Shown piece after piece: positions 18,797 through 25,861 of a DNA stretch of 27,380 nt (the stretch's first letter is position 1; each line of letters begins with the position of its first letter). The notes under the pieces are model-generated. The model saw nothing but the letters and a program-made list of their open reading frames with translations. It ran no database searches and was not told where the DNA came from. The stretch spans positions 1 through 27,380 of the forward strand of contig JANLPS010000300.1 in NCBI GenBank assembly GCA_031367385.1. Direction: 5' to 3'. A program made the translations under genes and the position numbers. This stretch comes from Archangium sp. (GTDB taxonomy: Bacteria; Myxococcota; Myxococcia; Myxococcales; Myxococcaceae).

Positions 18797-19735
18797 TTAG
18801 GGCTTCTCCCCGGTCTTGGGAGGCACGATGGTCGCGTAGCCCTTGTCGTCATCAGCGGGGTACTCGATGGTCTTGAGCCCGGCCTTGGCGCCTTCTTCTT
18901 TGGGCACCACGGTGTACCCAAGCACGCGCCACTCTTGGTAATTCGACACGGTCTCGCCGCCCTCGAGCGACTCGACCATGCCCGCCGTGACCGAGGCCAC
19001 CGAGCCGGCGTGCGCATTGTACTCGGCGAACATCGGGCCGTAGCCGTCGATGATACCGGTCAGGTGTTTCATCGCGGCCGAGCCCTCGACGTTGATGAAC
19101 TGCTCGCCCATCAGCCGCGAGGTGATGTTCGCCATTTGGCCACGATAAGCGCTGTCTGACGAGCCACTGAGGGTGGCGTTGGGGGCCAGCTCTTTGGCGG
19201 TCAGCAGGTGATTCAGCGAGCTCCACAAGCGATCGGCGTGGTGCATCGTCTGCTCGCCGTTCTCTTCGCGGGGAAAAGGGTAGCTCGCGGGGTCCCACTT
19301 CACGGTGGTGCCGTCGGCGAGGGTGACGCTGCCTTTGACCGCGAGGTCGTGCAGAATTCGCATCATCTCGCCGCTGTGGTGCACGGTGTAGACGGTATGG
19401 CTGGTGCGCGCGTAGCACTTGCCGAAGGTCGCACTGCGCGCTGAGCCGGCGAGGCTGAACAAGTCTTTCGCCAAGACCGCCGAGGGCGACCCATCGACCA
19501 AGGTCTTCGCCGCGGCAATGGCTTCGATGTGCTCGAAGGCCGTCTTACCGCCCTCGAAGTCGAGCTGGTGCAGCGCATTGAGTCGCTTGACGTCGCCGCC
19601 AATCGCCGAGAGCTCGGCGGCCTCAATCACCGTGCCGTGTGCGTGAAGAGACCTCCCCATGACCTCGCCGCTCGGTCGTCGAGCCGGCGGGGTGAGCGCG
19701 TTGTACATCTGGCTGCTCAGGAGGTTCAGTTTCAT
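18797..19735 (-). CDS. Tandem paralogue 1 of 4; putative papain-fold Cys-His-acid enzyme
   Basis: Single Cys107 in FGKCYART, AHAGSVASV...SLE. Starts 6 nt after the upstream stop. Confidence 0.8.
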   Translation of the reverse strand: MKLNLLSSQMYNALTPPARRPSGEVMGRSLHAHGTVIEAAELSAIGGDVKRLNALHQLDFEGGKTAFEHIEAIAAAKTLVDGSPSAVLAKDLFSLAGSARSATFGKCYARTSHTVYTVHHSGEMMRILHDLAVKGSVTLADGTTVKWDPASYPFPREENGEQTMHHADRLWSSLNHLLTAKELAPNATLSGSSDSAYRGQMANITSRLMGEQFINVEGSAAMKHLTGIIDGYGPMFAEYNAHAGSVASVTAGMVESLEGGETVSNYQEWRVLGYTVVPKEEGAKAGLKTIEYPADDDKGYATIVPPKTGEKP

Positions 19736-19741
19736 GCGCGC

Positions 19742-21367
19742 TTAGAGCTCGGGTCGGCCGGTGGCGGCCTTGCCAACGCCCAGCTTGGGAAACGAGTGAC
19801 CGAAGAAGTACGACATCTGCGAGTTCTCGTCGTCGAACTGCTTCTGCGTGAGCCACCTCGCGCGGCCCTTGAACGTATCGGGCACGAGAATGTCGCGAGT
19901 GCCATCGGCGCTCGGGCGCACGCACATCGCAGTCAAGCAGTGTGAGTAGTTCTCGGGGAGATCTTCAGGGTCGCCCTTGCGCAGCAGTACCGGCTGGCCC
20001 GCCTCGATGACTTGCGCCAAGCGCGCGCCGTGCGAAGGGTCGCCCTCGAGGCGATAGAGGTATTTCACCCGATTGTAATCGAGCTGCGTTTTCGGTTTGA
20101 GAAAGATGTTGGCGATGTGGTCGGGTGCGACGCCTTTGGGCCGCTGCAAGTTCGATTGGCCGAGCTCGAGCAACTGCCGGCCGTCGAGCTCGCCTGCGCC
20201 GCTGGCCTTGAGACGCTCGAGCACCGACTGCGCCTTCGGGAAGTTCTCAGCGAAGTTGGCGAGAATTTTCTGAAAGCGACGATAATCGGCGGGGGTTTCA
20301 ATGGCTCCGCGCTTGAGACCGAGCTCGTCAAGTCGTTCACGGGGCGCCAGCAAGTCGGTGATCGCAAAGCGATCTTCACGGGTCAGCCCAGCCTTCTCGT
20401 TGCCCGCGTCGAGCGCCTGCCGCACTTCGCGGTCGATGTTGCCAAACGACGCGGGAATGTCCCAGTGTTCGCCGCGCTCGCCGGTGACGTCGCTGGTGAG
20501 AATGGCCCGCTCGAGCCTGGCCGGCAGCCCATTGATGCGCTTCTCGTTGATCGGGCCGTCGGCCTTGAGCACCCACGCGATGAAAGGGTCGGCGGCGGCC
20601 ATGCTGCCCAGCGACGAAGAGGCGACGCACGCGTTGTGGTGCTGCTGCTGCAGACTGATGAGCTCGCCATGCTCGTTCGTGCCCAAGATGGTGGTTCGCT
20701 CGAGCAACAGCGAGGTGGGGGTACCGCGAATGATGCCCGCGTAGTTCTCGACCTCGTTGAGCGCCGCGGCAGCCTCTGGGCCCTTCGCGAGCAGTTGATT
20801 GCGACGTGGCCCAAGGCTCTTCAGAATCAACGCGCGCTCGATGTCGTTCTCAGAACCGTCGAGCATCGCTTGCACGCGCGCTTTGGGCGTGACCGGCATG
20901 CGGCTGAGGGTGTCGCCGGCAATGATGGCTTGAATCGGGCGCACCAGCGGCTCATTGGCGGGGCCGAACTTGTAGGCGACACCGCCAGCCAGAAGCGCCT
21001 TCTGTTTGTCGGTCAGCGGCATGGCCTCGAGCCGCGCCGAGACCGCCTTGAGCATCGGGTCTTTCGCGACGGCAGCCGCGCTCAGCTTGGGAAACCCAGC
21101 GGTCGATGGCCGCACCTGCGCCTTCCGAGCGGCTTGCAATTCGACATCGTCGGCTTCGCGATACGAGGCAAAAGCCGCCGACAACACCTCGTCGAAGTGG
21201 GTGGTGGGCCCACCGGCGACCGTCTTCAGCAACTTGGTCGATGGCTCGAATGCCTGCACCGAGAGCGAGTCTGGCAACACCCCTTTGAAGACGGGCAGGC
21301 CATTCTTCACGACGTTCACTTTGACTTCGCCCGCGCCGGGAACGCCCTTCAAGAGTTTCAGCATCAT
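19742..21367 (-). CDS. Hypothetical protein with C-terminal papain/C39-like cysteine hydrolase domain
   Basis: LQQQHHNACVASS (Q-x5-C), then PVLLR...SHCLTAM...ILVPDT..G..RW (His/Asp strands). First gene of the 7-gene cluster. Confidence 0.75.
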   Translation of the reverse strand: MMLKLLKGVPGAGEVKVNVVKNGLPVFKGVLPDSLSVQAFEPSTKLLKTVAGGPTTHFDEVLSAAFASYREADDVELQAARKAQVRPSTAGFPKLSAAAVAKDPMLKAVSARLEAMPLTDKQKALLAGGVAYKFGPANEPLVRPIQAIIAGDTLSRMPVTPKARVQAMLDGSENDIERALILKSLGPRRNQLLAKGPEAAAALNEVENYAGIIRGTPTSLLLERTTILGTNEHGELISLQQQHHNACVASSSLGSMAAADPFIAWVLKADGPINEKRINGLPARLERAILTSDVTGERGEHWDIPASFGNIDREVRQALDAGNEKAGLTREDRFAITDLLAPRERLDELGLKRGAIETPADYRRFQKILANFAENFPKAQSVLERLKASGAGELDGRQLLELGQSNLQRPKGVAPDHIANIFLKPKTQLDYNRVKYLYRLEGDPSHGARLAQVIEAGQPVLLRKGDPEDLPENYSHCLTAMCVRPSADGTRDILVPDTFKGRARWLTQKQFDDENSQMSYFFGHSFPKLGVGKAATGRPEL

Positions 21368-21451
21368 GGAGAAGTCACCTGGGCTGCCAAGGAGGAGGTA
21401 ATTTCCTACGATCGCCTAGCTGAAAGCGCAAGCCCCTGTAAATACTGTCAT

Positions 21452-21472
21452 ATTTCTCACTGACTGAGAAAT
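21452..21472. promoter_or_regulatory. Operator-like inverted repeat upstream of the 7-gene cluster
   Basis: Perfect 8-bp arms ATTTCTCA-ctgac-TGAGAAAT in an AT-rich intergenic gap between truD and the cluster. Confidence 0.45.
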
Positions 21473-21534
21473 CGGCAGCCGGGAATGCGTGCGAAATCAG
21501 GCCTCTGCGAGGGCCCTTGGTGGGGCGACTGCCG

Positions 21535-23025
21535 CTAGTTGTGCTTTTCGCCGCGCCGGCGTTGGTCGGTCAGCTGCTTTTTGTCGCGCTGGCGCTCGAG
21601 AAAGCCGCGCTTGCGAACCGGCTCGACGACCCGCGGGCTGACCACCGCCACTGGGGCGGAAGCGGGCTTGCGGGGCGCGCCAGTGCGGCCAGGCGCGTCT
21701 CGGCGGGGAGCGGCTCGGGGCGTCGAAGCGGCCTCATCGCCCTCATCGTCATCGTCTTCGTCATCGAGCGAATCGCCCTCATCGTCGAGCTGCTTGGGCT
21801 TTGGCGCGTCGACCGGGCGGGTGTAGCGAACGCCCTCGAAGTCGCTCTCTTTCTTGAACGAGAAATGAAAGAGCCGTTTGACCACCAGGGTCGCATAGCT
21901 GCCCGGCGGGAGCGTGAAGGCGATGTTCACCTTGAACGAGCCCTCGTTGAGATCATCGAAGCGGGGCTTGCCGACGACGAGCTTCGCGGGCGTGACCAGC
22001 ACCGGGCGCTCTTCGTGCTTGAAGAACAACAGCTTGGGCGACTCGGCGATGCGCAGCGACTCGAGTGGCATCTTCTCTCGCCCGAGCACCCACTTCACCG
22101 CCTCTTCGACCTTGGGGTCGGTGAACGTCGAGTTCGGAGCGAGGAGCGGAAAGGTCAAGTGACGCAGGTACCCGAGCAGTTCTTGAGGCGCGTCTTTGTG
22201 ATGGAGCAACGTGCCAGCTTGGTACGGCATGGGGAAGATGTGCTCGCGCGGCAAGAGCAGCTGCAGCAAGCGGCGAACGCCCTCGTTCCACAAAAACGAC
22301 TGGTAGGTGAAGAGCAGCATCGCCCGATACGCCGAGTCGATTTGGAGAAACGCGTTCACGAAGTCGTGCGGCTCGTTCTTGAGCGAGTTGAGAATGCGAA
22401 CGTACTTGCGGTTCGACGGGTACGGGCACTTCGCCGTCCAGTTGCCCCAGTGCTCGGCCCAGAACTGTTTCACCTTGGCGTCTTCGGTCTGGTCGAGCGG
22501 AGAAGGGCGGGCGAGGTGGTTCTTGAGCGCGGCCTCGAAGTCACCGCGAATGAGGTCTTTGGCGATGAAGCCCTGGCCGTGCTTGAGCGAGCCGAAGCGC
22601 TGAGAGTCGAAGTAGTTGACGACTCCGAGGCGGGCGACCTCGGCGGCGGCCATGTTCACCTGCGAGAGCTCGTCTTCGCGCACCTGTCGAACGGTGACGG
22701 CGAAGCGGTTCGAGGTGGTGTTGGCGGAGCTGAGTGGCTTGTCGGTGCGGCCCAAGAACTTGAGGCGCAACAGCTCGTCTTGCATGTCGACGTCGAAGCC
22801 TTCGACCGCGATGATCTGCTCGGTGCGCCCCTGTTTGTCTTTGAGGCCGCAGTACGAGATCGCGCCGGGGCGCAGGCCGAACTTGGTGGTGATCTTCGCG
22901 ATGGCGTCGAAGGTCGAGAGCTTCTGCTTGTCCATCAAGTAGACGCGGAATTTGCCCGTGGGCACCTCGTCGAAGCGAAATGATTCTTTGACCGAAAAGT
23001 CTTCGGGCCTTTGCTTGAGCCGCAT
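21535..23025 (-). CDS. truD: tRNA pseudouridine(13) synthase TruD
   Basis: KQRPEDFSVKE, SYCGLKDKQGRTEQ (catalytic Asp), SNRFAVTVR, NYFDSQRFGS, YQSFLWN, FTLPPGSYAT. Confidence 0.96.
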   Translation of the reverse strand: MRLKQRPEDFSVKESFRFDEVPTGKFRVYLMDKQKLSTFDAIAKITTKFGLRPGAISYCGLKDKQGRTEQIIAVEGFDVDMQDELLRLKFLGRTDKPLSSANTTSNRFAVTVRQVREDELSQVNMAAAEVARLGVVNYFDSQRFGSLKHGQGFIAKDLIRGDFEAALKNHLARPSPLDQTEDAKVKQFWAEHWGNWTAKCPYPSNRKYVRILNSLKNEPHDFVNAFLQIDSAYRAMLLFTYQSFLWNEGVRRLLQLLLPREHIFPMPYQAGTLLHHKDAPQELLGYLRHLTFPLLAPNSTFTDPKVEEAVKWVLGREKMPLESLRIAESPKLLFFKHEERPVLVTPAKLVVGKPRFDDLNEGSFKVNIAFTLPPGSYATLVVKRLFHFSFKKESDFEGVRYTRPVDAPKPKQLDDEGDSLDDEDDDDEGDEAASTPRAAPRRDAPGRTGAPRKPASAPVAVVSPRVVEPVRKRGFLERQRDKKQLTDQRRRGEKHN

Positions 23026-23050
23026 TTCAAACCCCTTACGCGATTCGCGG

Positions 23051-24067
23051 TCAGGCCACCACGGCGAGGCTGAACTTGGGCAGGGCTTCGAACTGGTAGG
23101 TGCCGGGTTTGGCCTTCAAGGTCGCGCGCAGCTGCCGGGCGGCGGGCTGCGAGAGCTTGATCACCAGCCCCTCGGCCGATCGCTCAACCGATGGAAAATC
23201 GGAGGGAATGAGCTCCACCGCGGTCTGTGCGGCCTTCACGGTGAACGGGCGCAGGTGACCGATTCGGCCCTTGAGCAGGGCGATGATGGTCTCGACCGCC
23301 TCGGCCGACACAGACCACGACAGGCCTGTAGCAGGGCTGCCCGAGACCTCGCTGACCTGGGCGAGCATCACCCCAAGCGAGCTGCCCTCGGCCTCGACCC
23401 GCTGCTCGATGACGACGCGGGTGCGGGGGCTGGTGAGGGTCGAGGGGCGCTCCAAATCGGTGACGAGCGATGGGTCGACGCGGCTGAGCACCTCGAGCAT
23501 GGCGCGGGGGCTCCATTCGCGAACCAGGCGCTCTTCATCGCGGGTCAGCCCCACGGCGACCAAGATCATCGGAGTCGAGAAGAGCGGGTCAACGCCGAGG
23601 GCGACGGCCTGCATGTCGGTGTCGATCTCGGGTGCGCCGGCGGCGAATTTCTGGGGCAGTCGAACGACCTGACCGTCGGCGAGCGCCTCGGTGCCAGCGC
23701 GCTCGATCAGCGACGCGAGCATCGCCCAGAGCCAGGCCGGAGGCGTCAGCTCTTCTTTGGGCCGCAGCACCCGAAACGTGAGCTCGGCGCCATGAACGAG
23801 CAGCCCGGAGGTGATGAATTGCCAGTGCGGCTTGGCGCCGGCCACGGCGATGAAGCGCACCGCGACGCCCGCGAGCGTCATGGTTTGAACCCGCAGCGAG
23901 CCCCAGACCCGGGCCACGGTCGCCTCGAGGCGGGCTCGGTCGGCGGCGAGGCGCTCTGCCGCCGAGGGCATGGCAGGCGCGGGCTTCGCGGCCTTTTTCG
24001 AAGAAATGCGAGGTGTTGGGCGTTTTGCCGACTTCACAGCGGCAACCTTCTTCGTCGCGCGGGCCAT
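23051..24067 (-). CDS. Suppressor-of-fused (SUFU)-like protein
   Basis: PHWQFITSGL, GAELTFRV, PPAWLWAMLASL, VGLTRDE..LVREW, VTDLERPS, EAEGSSL, LKGRIGHLRPF. Confidence 0.75.
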   Translation of the reverse strand: MARATKKVAAVKSAKRPTPRISSKKAAKPAPAMPSAAERLAADRARLEATVARVWGSLRVQTMTLAGVAVRFIAVAGAKPHWQFITSGLLVHGAELTFRVLRPKEELTPPAWLWAMLASLIERAGTEALADGQVVRLPQKFAAGAPEIDTDMQAVALGVDPLFSTPMILVAVGLTRDEERLVREWSPRAMLEVLSRVDPSLVTDLERPSTLTSPRTRVVIEQRVEAEGSSLGVMLAQVSEVSGSPATGLSWSVSAEAVETIIALLKGRIGHLRPFTVKAAQTAVELIPSDFPSVERSAEGLVIKLSQPAARQLRATLKAKPGTYQFEALPKFSLAVVA

Positions 24068-24111
24068 GGCGGGGCTTGTACGACGACTCCTGTCGGCTCG
24101 CTCGCTTTACT
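23994..24111. repeat. 118-bp direct repeat, copy A
   Basis: Matches 24575-24692 with 6 substitutions and no gaps (offset 581). Covers the upstream region and first codons of the SUFU-like gene, and the TAA stop of the YwqK-like gene. Confidence 0.95.
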
Positions 24112-24517
24112 CGCGCTTCGCGAACATCTGTCGCCGCTGCAGGAGCCGGTGATGGTTCTGATCGGATTCTGTGAGTGCGTAGTCCTTCGTGGGTTGGCCC
24201 GATTCGTCCCAGTGCTTCTCCCAGAGCGTGATGCCGAACTCGTATTCGCCGTCTTCGGCCAATTGCCCGTTCGGGTGCCATTCACGCGCGCGGCCGTGAA
24301 GAACCCCTCGAAAGAAGTTCGACTCGACCATCAGCCGGCCGACTCCGTACCACTCCCGGGTCGCTCCACACCGGCGGCCGTTGCGATAGTCCATCTCGGC
24401 CTTGAGACGCCCGTCCTTCGCCAGCGTGTAGGCCAGGCCGGTGAATGGCGTGCCGTCGAGGGAGTGGAGGTCGTCGTCCTCGTGATGGTCGAGGGTCTTC
24501 GCGAGCACTCGGGTCAT
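24107..24517 (-). CDS. YwqK-family/MORN-variant repeat antitoxin-like protein
   Basis: DGTPFTG...DGRLKAEMDYRNGRRCG.TREWY..GRL..E..F..GVLHG..REWHPNGQL..DGEYEFG repeats. Confidence 0.8.
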   Translation of the reverse strand: MTRVLAKTLDHHEDDDLHSLDGTPFTGLAYTLAKDGRLKAEMDYRNGRRCGATREWYGVGRLMVESNFFRGVLHGRAREWHPNGQLAEDGEYEFGITLWEKHWDESGQPTKDYALTESDQNHHRLLQRRQMFAKRE

Positions 24518-24648
24518 GGCAATTCAGGGTGGCCGCTGGAGCAGCAGGCACTGGCACCGGCGCCGATTCTGCGGTTTTTCGAAGAAATGCGAGGTGTTGC
24601 GGGTTTTTCCGACTTCACAGGGGCAACCTTCTTCGTCGGGCGGGCCAC
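24514..24648 (-). CDS. Possible 44-aa leader/remnant ORF derived from the SUFU-like gene 5' end
   Basis: GTG at the position equivalent to the SUFU ATG. Reads (M)ARPTKKVAPVKSEKPATPRISSKNRRIGAGASACCSSGHPELP*. Its TGA overlaps the YwqK-like ATG (ATGA). Confidence 0.35.
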   Translation of the reverse strand: MARPTKKVAPVKSEKPATPRISSKNRRIGAGASACCSSGHPELP

Positions 24649-24692
24649 GGCGGGGCTTGTACGACGACTCCTGTCGGCTCGCTCGCTTTACT
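24575..24692. repeat. 118-bp direct repeat, copy B
   Basis: Near-identical to 23994-24111. The SUFU start ATG is GTG in this copy. Confidence 0.95.
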
Positions 24693-24740
24693 GTGATGCA
24701 GGTTTGCCCATGACGCTCCCGTGCGCCTAACGTCGCCGAG

Positions 24741-25721
24741 ATGCGTGAGCGTGGAGCGTCGCCATCGCGCGTGTCGAGCGCCGGGCAGTGGCGGTTGGCG
24801 GGGGCGATCATCACGATGGTCACCTTCACGACGTGCGCTGGCGCGGTTCTGACTTCTGACGCCGACGCTGGCCACCGAGACGAGGGCAGCCCAGACGCAA
24901 GCTCCGCGGTCAGAGGCACATCAGATGGAGGTGCCGTGGACGGTGGGATCGTTGAGGGCGCCAAAGCGGACGGAGGCCCGCCCGACGGAGGTGCCCAGGA
25001 CGGAGGGCCCGTGAGCGGAGCCACATCAGACGCAGGCACTTCAGACGCAGGCATGCCGAACGGCGAGACGCCCGACGCGGGCACCGCGGGAGGCACTCCA
25101 GCGACTTGCTACAACCGCAACGTCACCGCCGTGAACTGGGACGCAGCAGCGCGCGGTGACGGGCGGTACTTCGCTTCGAGTGCGCCAGGCCGGCTTGGCT
25201 TCGCCGCTCTCAACAAGAGCATGGAGATCATCGCGTTCACCACCGACAACGCGACCTACCGCATGCAAAATGCCATGGCGAATACGACGGGTGCCGCCCA
25301 AGTGGTGTCGTTCATCTCTGACACTCCCTGCGATGTCACCTTTGCCTTCAATCATGCGCTGACTGCGAGTGCCGAAGGCTCTGCTGCTGTCTTTCGATTC
25401 ATCGTCGCGAGCGAGGCCAAGGAGGCGGCGATGCGAAACGACTCGGCCCTCTCGCCTGACGTCGCGGCGCTGCTCGCGGCGAACCGGGTGCTCAGGCCGC
25501 AGACGACGTATTTCTGGCACTCGGTCAATTCACGGCTCTCGCCCTTCAGCCCCTTTACGAATGCCGACCTGGCCAATGACCCCGACACCTGCCCCCCGGG
25601 CGGCACGTTCCCGGGGCAAGACTGCTATTACAAAACGTTCGAGGGGCGAGTTGACTTTCGTCTCTACGACGACACCGGCGAGCCGTTTCCGTACAAGCTG
25701 ATCCCCGGGTATTCGCCGTGA
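24741..25721 (+). CDS. Secreted or lipoprotein hypothetical protein with DAG/DGG-rich linker
   Basis: Hydrophobic leader ending VTFTTC, many DAG/DGG repeats, then a Cys-containing globular domain. Start is uncertain. Confidence 0.65.
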   Translation: MRERGASPSRVSSAGQWRLAGAIITMVTFTTCAGAVLTSDADAGHRDEGSPDASSAVRGTSDGGAVDGGIVEGAKADGGPPDGGAQDGGPVSGATSDAGTSDAGMPNGETPDAGTAGGTPATCYNRNVTAVNWDAAARGDGRYFASSAPGRLGFAALNKSMEIIAFTTDNATYRMQNAMANTTGAAQVVSFISDTPCDVTFAFNHALTASAEGSAAVFRFIVASEAKEAAMRNDSALSPDVAALLAANRVLRPQTTYFWHSVNSRLSPFSPFTNADLANDPDTCPPGGTFPGQDCYYKTFEGRVDFRLYDDTGEPFPYKLIPGYSP

Positions 25722-25753
25722 CGGCGCTGCCCGGGTGAAGTTGGTTTCTGTCG

Positions 25754-25780
25754 GGTTTCTCGAAGAAATGCGAGGTGTTG
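25754..25780. repeat. Third, partial copy of the repeat core
   Basis: TCGAAGAAATGCGAGGTGTTG is exact at 25760-25780, 24579-24599 and 23998-24018. The 27 bp from 25754 match copy B with one mismatch. Confidence 0.85.
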
Positions 25781-25861
25781 TACCCCGTGAAGGCATCGCC
25801 CTCGCTCGGGCCCTGAAAGGGGGTGCGGGCAGGCGGCTCACCCCAGCGCCCGCGCTTTCCT

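Noticed and set aside
15988..19735. Tandem copies as an assembly artefact or diversity-generating retroelement
   Set aside because: The copies are substantially diverged, with indels and intact frames. No reverse transcriptase and no adenine-specific TR/VR pattern.
23994..25780. Repeats as a CRISPR array or IS ends
   Set aside because: Only three copies, spaced 581 and 1181 bp apart. No cas or transposase gene, and no terminal inverted repeats.
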